The position numbers were made by a program, and so were the translations under genes. Of a stretch of 64,000 nucleotides of DNA, positions 9,565 through 19,527 are shown piece by piece (the first letter of the stretch is position 1; every line of letters begins with the position of its first letter). This DNA is from Dehalococcoidia bacterium. GTDB taxonomy: Bacteria > Chloroflexota > Dehalococcoidia > Plut-88900. The stretch is taken from NCBI GenBank assembly GCA_965197585.1, contig OZ240215.1, positions 1,664,001 to 1,728,000 on the forward strand, given 5' to 3'. The notes under the pieces are model-generated. The model made no database searches, was not told the origin of the DNA, and saw nothing but the letters and a program-made list of their open reading frames with translations.

Positions 9565-10239
9565 ATGAGTCGCAACAGCCTAACCAGCACACGTCGCACC
9601 CGAGCGGTATGGGACCGCACGGCCACCGACACGCGCCTCCTCCTGTCCTCTTTTCCCTACCCCGTGTCCCTTGTCAACACCATGAATCCACTGAGGATGA
9701 CCCTAATAGCCAGCGCTCCCTCTCGGCCACCTTCCCCGCAGCGACACCTCGCCGCGGATGCCCGCGTTCCCTCGCCGCGGATGATAACCCACGGCTCACA
9801 CCCCCAGCGAGCTCGCCCCACGACCGTGGATGCCCGCGTTTTATCGCGGATGATTTCCCGCTCCTCCCTCCTTGGCGTAGAAGCGGATGCCTGCGGCATT
9901 GCGCCGCGGATGATTTCCCGCACTGCAACCCTCGATGCAGAAGTGGATGCCTACGGCATTGCGCCGCGGATGATCTCCCACGTCCCGTCCCAGGCCGCAG
10001 AGGGAGCGCTGGCAAACCTCATCCTCACCCTTTCCCCGTCCCCCTTCCGCCTTTCCCCTCCCCTCCATAGGGGATCCTGTGCGCCAAAGCCGGATCATTC
10101 TGGCCTTCGAGCCGGAATCCATCCCTTCAACATTTCCCTTTCCTCCAGTAGGGTCGACCGGCCTGTCGCCCTGGGCGTGGGCACTCCAAATGGGGCGCCC
10201 ACGCCCCTCTCCCCATCCATGAAAGGACCTGCCTGCTAG
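9565..10239 (+). CDS. Hypothetical protein with four DAxxx(x)[PS]RMI[ST] repeats
   Basis: Promoter and AAGGAG RBS upstream; repeat spacings 72/57/60 bp keep frame; 3' end runs through REP elements, so true extent is uncertain. Confidence 0.4.
   Translation: MSRNSLTSTRRTRAVWDRTATDTRLLLSSFPYPVSLVNTMNPLRMTLIASAPSRPPSPQRHLAADARVPSPRMITHGSHPQRARPTTVDARVLSRMISRSSLLGVEADACGIAPRMISRTATLDAEVDAYGIAPRMISHVPSQAAEGALANLILTLSPSPFRLSPPLHRGSCAPKPDHSGLRAGIHPFNISLSSSRVDRPVALGVGTPNGAPTPLSPSMKGPAC
9754..10002 (+). repeat. Four ~60-bp direct repeats, each with two GYGGATG motifs
   Basis: Units start 9754, 9826, 9883, 9943; core gYggatgcc...cgcggatgatHWccc. Confidence 0.85.
10148..10171 (+). repeat. GTAG-type REP-like palindrome (also 53187-53210 and 63868-63890)
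   Basis: gtaggggcgaccggctggtcgccc consensus: GTAG tetranucleotide followed by a GC-rich hairpin. Confidence 0.75.
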
Positions 10240-10421
10240 TCCATACCCCTACACTCCACGCAACTCACAACCGAATATGGAACATCCGCCTTTGGCGGAA
10301 CCGCTTCAACAGGGCCAAAACTTCACAACCTGGATGCGGGGGCAGTCCCCCACCCCTCACATAAGAGAAAAGCGCCGATCCAATCGCCAGCGCTTTCCCT
10401 GCTCAAAGCGGAATATGCAGA

Positions 10422-11456
10422 TCAATTCCTGAAGTAAGGCATCACTTTCTCGGATATCTCCCTCATCATCCCCTTCTTGTCGATAATCGAGAACAGTACC
10501 GTGGACACATTGTCTATCCCCAACGGCTGTAGCTTCTCAATCTGCTCCCCGATATCGTCCGGAGTACCCGTCAACATAAACGTGTCGATCACCCTCTGCG
10601 ACACGACCAGGGAGTGCGGTGCATCCGTCAATTCGTGCTGGTACGGGTCAAAGGCGTCATATACGGCTTTGATCTCCTCCACTATGCCCGGCTGCACCTC
10701 TTCCATCCGGTTCCGCAGGTCCTCGACCTCCGAGGTCTGTCGTCTCAGAAGCGACCTGTACATCTCACACGCACAAGTTGCCGCATAAGACGCCACTTCC
10801 CTCCGAGCCGCCTCCTTGGAAGGCGCAACGTAAATCATCGTACGCGCCCACTTGTCTATGTCATCCAGCGATCTCCCCGCCTTCTCAGCCCCCTTCTCCA
10901 TTACCTCCAGGCTCCACTTCAAGATCGTCGGGTTCACCCCTATCAGGATCGCACCCTCCGCCAACTCCCCAGTCATCCGCAAGGACTTCGGCCCGACCGT
11001 CGCCATGTAAACGGGAATCTGCTTGCGGCTCCACTCGGAGTGCATCATCGCACCGTCGTATTCCACTTCCTTGCCCGCCGTGTATCCTTTGAAGAACTCG
11101 ATAACGTTCCGAAACTCGTCCATCGACCGCGCCTTCATCCCCATCGTCATCACCGAGCTGAACCCCGCGCCGATCCCGAGAAATGCCCTTCCACCCGACA
11201 GCTCATTCACTGTTGCCGTGCCGTTCGCCGTCACCGATGGATGCCGCGTGAACGGGTTCGTCACACCATGTCCGATGTGGATTCTGTGAGTATTCACCGC
11301 CGCCACAGTCATCATTGAATATACTTCCCGGCACAGGTTCTGCGAATCGATAAGGGTCATCTGCTTGAATCCGCAGTCCTCCGCAACCTGGGCGTGAGTA
11401 GCAACCTCATCAAGCCTCAGGTTCCGCCCCATCCCGACACTAAAGTCGAATTTCAT
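10422..11456 (-). CDS. LLM-class oxidoreductase (Mer-like, F420-type)
   Basis: IDSQNLCRE, IGHGVTNPFTRHPSVTAN..ATVNELSGGRAFLGIGAG, GPKSLRMTGELAEG. Confidence 0.9.
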   Translation of the reverse strand: MKFDFSVGMGRNLRLDEVATHAQVAEDCGFKQMTLIDSQNLCREVYSMMTVAAVNTHRIHIGHGVTNPFTRHPSVTANGTATVNELSGGRAFLGIGAGFSSVMTMGMKARSMDEFRNVIEFFKGYTAGKEVEYDGAMMHSEWSRKQIPVYMATVGPKSLRMTGELAEGAILIGVNPTILKWSLEVMEKGAEKAGRSLDDIDKWARTMIYVAPSKEAARREVASYAATCACEMYRSLLRRQTSEVEDLRNRMEEVQPGIVEEIKAVYDAFDPYQHELTDAPHSLVVSQRVIDTFMLTGTPDDIGEQIEKLQPLGIDNVSTVLFSIIDKKGMMREISEKVMPYFRN

Positions 11457-11540
11457 CTATTATTTCCTCTCTTTCGTGACCCCTTCCTAAGGGCCGCATA
11501 ACCCTATCAACCGCCCATTCCCATGTCAACGCCGCACATC

Positions 11541-11652
11541 TTTTTACTCTTATTTCACCCTTTCGTTGCTTGCCTACCTTTTCCCTGCCATCACACCCCT
11601 TTTACTGTCACGCCACATTTTTGCTGTCATTCCACCTTTTCACTGTCATTCC
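11541..11652 (+). repeat. Degenerate ~19-bp tandem array ending in a GTCATTCC REP
   Basis: Units start 11541, 11561, 11579, 11600, 11618, 11637; consensus TTTTyaCTGTCATTCCACC. Confidence 0.6.
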
Positions 11653-11780
11653 GAGGCCCCGCGAGGAATCTAACGCGCATGCCTACAACCCAGCCCCATC
11701 ATCGACCCACCACCCTTGAACCAAAATCCTTGGGCAAGTACGATTGACTCCATATTCACTGACTGCTAGGAGAACCCGAA

Positions 11781-12704
11781 ATGGCTGTGCCACCCCAAAA
11801 CGAACTTCACAGACCGCTACTGGAAATAGCTTTAGGGGCTGGCGAGCCGTTGCATAAGACTCAGTACCTGGAAACTGTCGCTTATCGGCTGTCACTAACG
11901 GCGGAAGACTTGGCTGAAATGCTTCCATCAGGCCAGCAGTCCCGGATTTTGAACAGAGTGGATTGGGGGCTCTACTACTTACTAAAGGCTGGATTGCTCC
12001 AAAGACCCTCCAGAGGTAGCTATCAAATCACTACTTCCGGCCGAGACTACCTTAAGGATCATACAGGCCCTATCTCATTTTCCCAATTGAGAACATTAAC
12101 AGACCGGCGGGAGTCGGAAGACGAGAGATCACCAACGAGAATATCTCCCCAATCTCCCTTCCATTGCGGAAAGCCGAATGAAAGTGATTCCTCGCCTCAG
12201 GAGAGAATCGATAGCGGATACCGTGAACAACAGGATCAGCTAGCGGATGAGCTACTGAACAGTATCTCCCAGATTTCCCCCGAAGGCTTCGAACGCTTGG
12301 TAGTCGACTTGCTGGAGAACATGGGCTATGGCAGAGGTGAGGCTATAGGCAAAAGCGGAGACGCTGGTATTGACGGCATCATCAACCAGGATGCCTTGGG
12401 ATTGGAAAAGGTATATATGCAGGCCAAGCGATGGCAAAGCCAAGTCGGCGAACCAGAAATACGCAACTTCTCGGGTAGCCTGGATGCCAAAGGAGCGAGC
12501 AAGGGAGTCTTTGTCACCACTTCTAGCTTTAGCGCCAGTGCAACACAGACTGCCAAAACCATCTCCGCTGGCAGCAAATTTATCCGTCTCATTGACGGCC
12601 CGGAATTGGCTAGACTGATGCTCGAACACGATGTTGGTGTCATTACAAGATACACCTACAAAATACAGACCTTGGACGAAAACTATTTCTCCGAAGACCT
12701 ATAG
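11781..12704 (+). CDS. mrr: Mrr-family (type IV) restriction endonuclease
   Basis: Mrr N-terminal winged helix (NRVDWGLYYLLKAGLL..PSRG), FERLVVDLLENMGYG, DAGIDG, QAKRW, GVFVTTSSF, LIDG; lower GC. Confidence 0.92.
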   Translation: MAVPPQNELHRPLLEIALGAGEPLHKTQYLETVAYRLSLTAEDLAEMLPSGQQSRILNRVDWGLYYLLKAGLLQRPSRGSYQITTSGRDYLKDHTGPISFSQLRTLTDRRESEDERSPTRISPQSPFHCGKPNESDSSPQERIDSGYREQQDQLADELLNSISQISPEGFERLVVDLLENMGYGRGEAIGKSGDAGIDGIINQDALGLEKVYMQAKRWQSQVGEPEIRNFSGSLDAKGASKGVFVTTSSFSASATQTAKTISAGSKFIRLIDGPELARLMLEHDVGVITRYTYKIQTLDENYFSEDL

Positions 12705-12801
12705 CCCCGCAGTGTCTACCTCAAGCAGTTCCACTGACGTTCTTCTCCTCTGATATACTCCCCTCAAACCCCCAACACCCCACCACAACGGATATCACAC
12801 C

Positions 12802-13953
12802 ATGAAATTCGGATACTTCGACACCCGCGTTGACCCCGGCGGCGACCGACACTACCACCAGCTCCTAGACGACCTTCGAGAGGAAGTCGTCCTCTGCGAG
12901 CAGGCCGGTTTCCACTCCGCCTGGGTCGGCGAGCACCACATGGGCCCCGAGGGTATGGACCAGCTTCCCAACCCTGTCCTCATGTGCGCCGACCTCGCCT
13001 GCCGCACCAGCCGCATCCGTCTCGGCCAGGGCGCCAACCTCTTGCCCTACTGGCACCCCATCCGCCTCGCCGAGGACATCGCAATGTTGGACCAGATGAC
13101 CAAGGGCCGCATCGACGTGGCGATTGGCCGAGGTGTCCGTTCTCGGGAAGGCTCCGTCTTCCACCCCAAGTCCGACCCCGCCAACCCAGAGGCCAACCGC
13201 GAGCTTTTCGAAGAGTCTCTGGACGTCCTCATCAACTCTTGGACCAACGAGTTCTTCTCTCATAAGGGTCCCAACTACACCTTCCCTGCGCCGGGCATCC
13301 ATTGGAACCACCCCCTGAGCCCTCCCGACCCCCGGTGGTCCGAAGGCGATCTCGTCACCAAGCTGCAAATGCTTCCCAAGCCCTACCAGAAGCCCCACCC
13401 GCCCCTCTGGCAGGTCACCGACAGTGATCGCTCCATCGCCTTCGCCGCCGAGAGAGGCATGAAGGTCATCAACTGGCAGCCGACGCCCGCCCTGCTCAAG
13501 AAGAAATTCCAACTCTACGCCGACACCCGTTCCCGCGCCGAGGGTCGCACCTTCCCCTCAGGAGAAGGTATGGCCCTCATGCGAACAACTTACATAGCCC
13601 CCACAATGGAGGAGGCCCGCAGAGACGCCGAGGCCGGGATGCTGATGACCTTCCGCTGGACCCAGAACCGCCGGCCCCTCATCAACTTCATGAATCCCGG
13701 CGAAGAAGTCCGCCCCGACATGGCCTTGGACTGGGACCTGTTGTTTGGGAGAAACCTACTAATCGGCTCCCCGGAATACGTCGTCGAAAGGCTCGAGGAA
13801 CTTCAGGAAACCATCGGCCTGCAGGAGCTTATGACTTACATGGCCATGCCCTACATACCCCACTCCAAAGTCATGCGCAGCATCGAGCTTTTCGCCGAAA
13901 AGGTCATGCCCCACTTCCAAAAGGCGGCGCCTCAACCCATTCACGCCTCTTGA
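12802..13953 (+). CDS. LLM-class flavin-dependent monooxygenase (luciferase-like)
   Basis: WVGEHH, PNPVL, HPIRLAEDIAMLDQMTKGRIDVAIGRG, PKPYQKPHPPLW. Confidence 0.9.
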   Translation: MKFGYFDTRVDPGGDRHYHQLLDDLREEVVLCEQAGFHSAWVGEHHMGPEGMDQLPNPVLMCADLACRTSRIRLGQGANLLPYWHPIRLAEDIAMLDQMTKGRIDVAIGRGVRSREGSVFHPKSDPANPEANRELFEESLDVLINSWTNEFFSHKGPNYTFPAPGIHWNHPLSPPDPRWSEGDLVTKLQMLPKPYQKPHPPLWQVTDSDRSIAFAAERGMKVINWQPTPALLKKKFQLYADTRSRAEGRTFPSGEGMALMRTTYIAPTMEEARRDAEAGMLMTFRWTQNRRPLINFMNPGEEVRPDMALDWDLLFGRNLLIGSPEYVVERLEELQETIGLQELMTYMAMPYIPHSKVMRSIELFAEKVMPHFQKAAPQPIHAS

Positions 13954-14053
13954 CCCACGCTTTTATCCCAAATCCACCTTCCCACTACCCTAGTACATCG
14001 CGCCTTTCATCCACAGCACAGAGGCATATCCCCCCACCCCAAAGGAGACCCGA

Positions 14054-14986
14054 TTGAAAATCTTCGTTTCCGGCTCCCTCGCCTACGACCGCATCATGGA
14101 CTTCCCGGGCCGCTTCTCCGATCACATCATGCCCGATAAGCTCCACATGATTAACATCAGCTTCGCCGTCAACAGCCTCGTCGAAAGGCCCGGTGGCACC
14201 GCCGGAAACATCGCCTACGCTCTCCGACTCCTGGGCAAAGACCCGACAATCGTCGCTGCCATCGGGCACGACTGCCAAAGCTACTTCCGTTGGTTAGACG
14301 ACAAGGGCATCGACCGCAGTGCCGTCCACGTCGTCGAGGAAGAAGCCACCGCCTGCGCCCACATCATCACCGACATGGCCGACAACCAGATCACCGCCTT
14401 CAACCCCGGCGCCATGAAACACCCCTCCCCCTTCCCCTCCGAGGCCATCGATCCGTCCGATTCCATCGCCATCATCGGCCCCGGCAACCTGGACGACATG
14501 ATTGATCTTCCTCAACGGTTCCGCGACCAAGGCGTCCGGTTCATCTTCGACCCCGGCCAGTCCCTCCCCATTTGGGACCCTAAACCCTTAGCCCGATCCA
14601 TTGAAGGTTCCCATATCTTGATCTCTAATGATTATGAGCTGGCCCTAATCAAGGAGAAAACCGGATTAACAGACGATGCCTTGCTCCTCCTCACCGACAC
14701 CATAATCACCACCAAGGGTGAGCAGGGCTCTGTAATAGTGACCGATGAGGGCGAGACATTGGTCCCCGCCATCCCCCGCCCCGACACCCTCGTAGACCCC
14801 ACCGGTGCCGGTGATGCCTACCGAGGTGGACTCATCAAGGGTCTGGTAACCGGGCAATCCCTAGAACAATCCTGTCGGCTAGGTACCACCTGCGCCTCCT
14901 TCGCCATCGAGGTTCAGGGCACCCAAGAATACGCCTTCACCCCCGAACAGCTCCAAGAACGCCTCACCACCCACTTCCCCAATTAG
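14054..14986 (+). CDS. PfkB-family carbohydrate/adenosine kinase
   Basis: SGSLAYDRIMDFPGRF, GGTAGNIAY, FDPGQ, DPTGAGDAYRGG. Confidence 0.9.
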   Translation: MKIFVSGSLAYDRIMDFPGRFSDHIMPDKLHMINISFAVNSLVERPGGTAGNIAYALRLLGKDPTIVAAIGHDCQSYFRWLDDKGIDRSAVHVVEEEATACAHIITDMADNQITAFNPGAMKHPSPFPSEAIDPSDSIAIIGPGNLDDMIDLPQRFRDQGVRFIFDPGQSLPIWDPKPLARSIEGSHILISNDYELALIKEKTGLTDDALLLLTDTIITTKGEQGSVIVTDEGETLVPAIPRPDTLVDPTGAGDAYRGGLIKGLVTGQSLEQSCRLGTTCASFAIEVQGTQEYAFTPEQLQERLTTHFPN

Positions 14987-15031
14987 GATTAGTGGTCTTC
15001 CTAGCCCACCAGCATTTGCCGTGTCATTCCC

Positions 15032-16087
15032 TGTAAGTGTTAGGTAATTCGTTGACAGATTGGTATAAGAGGCCAACACCAATCTGGAGGCGAGAATGCG
15101 AGACAATAGCAAGGACCTCACCCTTGAACGTAACTACATTCAGAAGTGGCGGTTCCTCATCCATGAGTATCAACTGGTCAAGGCAGGGAAGCATCCCCGT
15201 TTCCGCTTCGCCCAGGACTTCTACTCCTTCCACGGCACTAGCCGTCAGACCTTTGCCAAGTACTACAACCGGTTCCTCCTCTCCCCCTCCGACAACGCCT
15301 TCCTCCCCCGTAAGCGGGGTCCCGGGTGGAAGTCCCGCCGCACCCTGCCCTACATTGAGCAGAAGGTCATCAACGAGCGCCTTAACGGTACCAACCGTTA
15401 CGAGATCTATGCCATACTCAAACCCATCCTTAAACACAACACCCCTAAGCCCTCCACCATCTACGCCATCACCAGACGCCACGGTTTCAATAGGCTCACA
15501 AAGCCGATGCAGCAGTCGAAGCGCAAGATCATCAAGACCCGGGCAGGAGAGCTGGGCCACCTGGACAGCCACTACCTCAGCCGGGATACCATCGTGGGCA
15601 CCAAGCACCGCTACTACCTGGTGGGCCTCATCGACGCCTACACCCGTCTGGCCTGGGCCGAAGTGGTCGGAGACATCAAGAGTCTCTCCGTTATGTTTGC
15701 TACTCTGAAGTCCATCAATTTCCTTAACGTGGAGTACGGCATCCAATTCGAGGCCATCCTCACCGACAACGGCCCCGAGATGGCCTCCCCAAGGAACACC
15801 GAGGGCCACCCCATGGAACGGATGCTCAATGAGCTGGGCATAAAGCACCGCTACACCCGCCCTTATAGGCCCCAGACCAACGGGAAGATAGAGCGGTTCT
15901 GGAGAACCTTGAACGAGGACCTGCTGGAGGGGACAACCTTCGAATCGGTCTCGGAACTGAAGGACGAGCTTCAGCAATACCTGATCTACTACAATACTCA
16001 GAGACCCCACCAGGCAATGGACGGAAAGACCCCTTTGGAGACCCTTAAATCCATCTAATTCTGTCAACGAATTACCTGACATCCACA
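15032..16087 (+). mobile_element. IS481-family insertion sequence, copy 2 (1056 bp)
   Basis: Same TIRs; flanks attccc | IS | attccg inside a GTCATTCC REP. Confidence 0.93.
15096..16058 (+). CDS. IS481-family transposase
   Basis: Near-identical to copy 1, identical translation to copy 3. Confidence 0.93.
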   Translation: MRDNSKDLTLERNYIQKWRFLIHEYQLVKAGKHPRFRFAQDFYSFHGTSRQTFAKYYNRFLLSPSDNAFLPRKRGPGWKSRRTLPYIEQKVINERLNGTNRYEIYAILKPILKHNTPKPSTIYAITRRHGFNRLTKPMQQSKRKIIKTRAGELGHLDSHYLSRDTIVGTKHRYYLVGLIDAYTRLAWAEVVGDIKSLSVMFATLKSINFLNVEYGIQFEAILTDNGPEMASPRNTEGHPMERMLNELGIKHRYTRPYRPQTNGKIERFWRTLNEDLLEGTTFESVSELKDELQQYLIYYNTQRPHQAMDGKTPLETLKSI

Positions 16088-16294
16088 ATTCCGAGGCTCC
16101 GCGAGGAATCTAGGACTTGCCCACTCACATAACTCTTTGCCTTATCCTTCCTAGGAATTAGATTAACGGGATACAGACTATCCGGTGGTGCTGTGGATTG
16201 CGCTTTCTTTAGGTCGAGTCGAATGGTCGAGTGGGGATCAAGCCTGAGTCCCCTACCCACAATACTTCATTCCTTCGAATAAGCCTCCCACTAC

Positions 16295-16324
16295 TTGACC
16301 AGCTTAGAATCTATGTACTATATT
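16295..16324 (+). promoter_or_regulatory. Putative sigma70 promoter with LexA-box-like spacer upstream of HNH gene
   Basis: TTGACC-N18-TATATT with GAAT-CTAT-GTAC abutting the -10. Confidence 0.55.
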
Positions 16325-16460
16325 TGTTTGCAAGAGTTTACTAGCACACCAAGCCAAATCAAGATTTACAATGTCCACCAAATAGAGCGGCTGACAGGTA
16401 TTTGATAACGATTTTCTTCATCACCGCGAACAATCTACACCGAACTTCTGGTAGCAGGAA

Positions 16461-16910
16461 ATGGTTTACGAAGATAAGTTGACACGTGCGCTTAGGCTCA
16501 CAAAAGAACTCGGAGATGAAGCTCTATACCGGCGATCCAATAGAAAAGACATCGCCGATGAGGCTCAAGTGTCATTGTGGACTGTAGATGATGCCCGACG
16601 CATCATGAGTATCCCACAACTCGCTGATCTTGTCCTTGATGGAAAGGTAACTGCGGGCTGGGCGCTCGCGACAGCCCGCGATCCTCGTCGTAGGAGAAAA
16701 CACAACAAAAATCGTCTCATCCTGGAATTGTTAATTGAGAGACAAGGGGGACAATGCACATGGTGTAAGCGCACTTTGACTATGGAGGACGCGACACTTG
16801 ATCACATTCTTCCCATCGCTAGAGGAGGTAAGACTACCAGCAAAAACGTCCAAGTTTTACACAGCAATTGCAATATACAAAAAGGCGACAAGATGCCCAG
16901 ATACTCGTAG
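16461..16910 (+). CDS. HNH endonuclease with N-terminal HTH-like region
   Basis: CTWC...DHILPIARGG....NVQVLHSNCNIQKG; AT-rich islet. Confidence 0.85.
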   Translation: MVYEDKLTRALRLTKELGDEALYRRSNRKDIADEAQVSLWTVDDARRIMSIPQLADLVLDGKVTAGWALATARDPRRRRKHNKNRLILELLIERQGGQCTWCKRTLTMEDATLDHILPIARGGKTTSKNVQVLHSNCNIQKGDKMPRYS

Positions 16911-17136
16911 TTTCGAGAAAAGCTCCCTCAAATAGTGCAACTATTGGTCTTGTAGATTAACCATAGACCTATGGCTGGAGGCGAGCACCCGTTGCATGGC
17001 GCCTAGGTCTATTAGCACCTTGACTGAACTTTTGCAAATTCCGAACTAGCCAAGTTACCCCCACGAACCACAAAGCCGCCCGAAAGGCCAAGCCCTTCGC
17101 GCGGCTCTTGGTGATCGCTACGGAGAAGACAGCCGA

Positions 17137-18093
<957 letters not shown>

Positions 18094-18239
18094 TTATTTG
18101 CCTTCCAGGACTACGCTCGTCTTTAAGAGCGCGGCCCTGCTAAGTCCTTGTTAAACCCTTGCCCCGGTCCTCTGACCGACATTTATTCTGGCCTAACCGG
18201 GTGTCTTTTCACAGTTTCGTAAGAGAGATTGGCCTTCAC

Positions 18240-19442
18240 CTAGGCGTAGACTAACTTCTCCCACTTCGCTTCCAGGTCCGGGTCATTCACCGTCGAGACC
18301 AGGTACTCCCCGAACTCCTTGCCCGTGGCCCCCGTGTCCCGGCCGGTCATCACAAGCCTGCGTTCGTACTGGCCGCAAACGTCCAGCGCCTTGGTAAGTT
18401 TCTGACCGAGTTCCTGGTACCCGATGTGCTCCATCAGCATCGCCCCTGCCCGGATCATCGAGCTCGGGTCAGCGTACTTCGCCCGGCCTGTTTTCACCAT
18501 CCTCGGCGCGCTCCCGTGGATCGCCTCGAACATCGCGTACTCATCCCCAACGTTCGCACTCCCCGCCGTCCCGACTCCTCCCTGCATCTCCGCCGCCTCG
18601 TCCGTCAGGATGTCACCGTAAAGGTTCGGCAGCACGAGCACCTGGAAGTTCTGACGTCGTTTCGGGTCGATCAGCTTGGCCGTCATGATGTCGATGTACC
18701 AGCCTTCCCAATCGATGTCCGGATAGTCTGCTGCGACCTCTCGGGCCATGTCCAGGAATTTGCCGTCCGTCGTCTTCACGACGTTGGCCTTGGTTACGAC
18801 AGTAACGCTGTTCTTACCGTTATCCTTCGCGTACCTGAACGCCTTATCTATAATGCGCCGGGACCCGGGGCTGGTGATCACCTTGAAGTCGACCGCCAGG
18901 TCGTCGGTTACGTTCACCCCTTGCGTTCCCACCGCGTACATGTCCTCCGTGTTTTCCCGGAAGAAAGTCCAGTCGATGCCCTCCTTGGGAATGCGCACGG
19001 GCCGGATGTTGGCGTACAGGTCCAGCTCCTTCCTCATCCCCACGTTGCAGCTCTCGATGTTGGGCCACTCGTCGCCCTTTTCAGGGGTGGTGGTTGGGCC
19101 TTTAAGCGTGACGTGGCAATCTTTTATCGCCGCCAATACGTCATCGGGTATGGCCTTTAGGTGCGCCGCCCTATTCTCAATCGTCAGTCCATCAAGTACC
19201 CGGAACTCCACCTTGCCCGCAGCAACCGCATCGGCCAGCAGCGTTTCTAGGACACGCTCGGCTTCTTCAGCTATGAACGGCCCGATCCCGTCGCCTCCCA
19301 ATATCCCGATTACAACCTTGTCCAGCTTCGTATAGTCCGTCACAACGGACTGTTTCTTTATCCGCTCTATTCGAGCCAGTTGCTCCTCCAGCATCACCGC
19401 GAATTGCACCTGCGCCTTCGCTATGGCATCTGAGTTCGTCAA
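18240..19442 (-). CDS. icd: Isocitrate/isopropylmalate dehydrogenase family, probably isocitrate dehydrogenase
   Basis: GDGIGP, LKGPTTTP, RENTED, KANVVK, NLYGDILTD, FEAIHGSAP; adjacent to mdh. Confidence 0.75.
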   Translation of the reverse strand: MTNSDAIAKAQVQFAVMLEEQLARIERIKKQSVVTDYTKLDKVVIGILGGDGIGPFIAEEAERVLETLLADAVAAGKVEFRVLDGLTIENRAAHLKAIPDDVLAAIKDCHVTLKGPTTTPEKGDEWPNIESCNVGMRKELDLYANIRPVRIPKEGIDWTFFRENTEDMYAVGTQGVNVTDDLAVDFKVITSPGSRRIIDKAFRYAKDNGKNSVTVVTKANVVKTTDGKFLDMAREVAADYPDIDWEGWYIDIMTAKLIDPKRRQNFQVLVLPNLYGDILTDEAAEMQGGVGTAGSANVGDEYAMFEAIHGSAPRMVKTGRAKYADPSSMIRAGAMLMEHIGYQELGQKLTKALDVCGQYERRLVMTGRDTGATGKEFGEYLVSTVNDPDLEAKWEKLVYA

Positions 19443-19527
19443 AATCTTCTCCCCTTCTTCTATTGGGTGGCCCCTTCTGATTTCAGTTACCGAATTGGTA
19501 GTGTTTTCCCTGCTCTCCGTCCTGGAT

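Noticed and set aside
9754-10002. CRISPR array interpretation of the ~60-bp repeats
   Set aside because: Repeats are not identical, unit lengths vary in multiples of 3, linkers are short and partly similar, and no cas genes are in the window.
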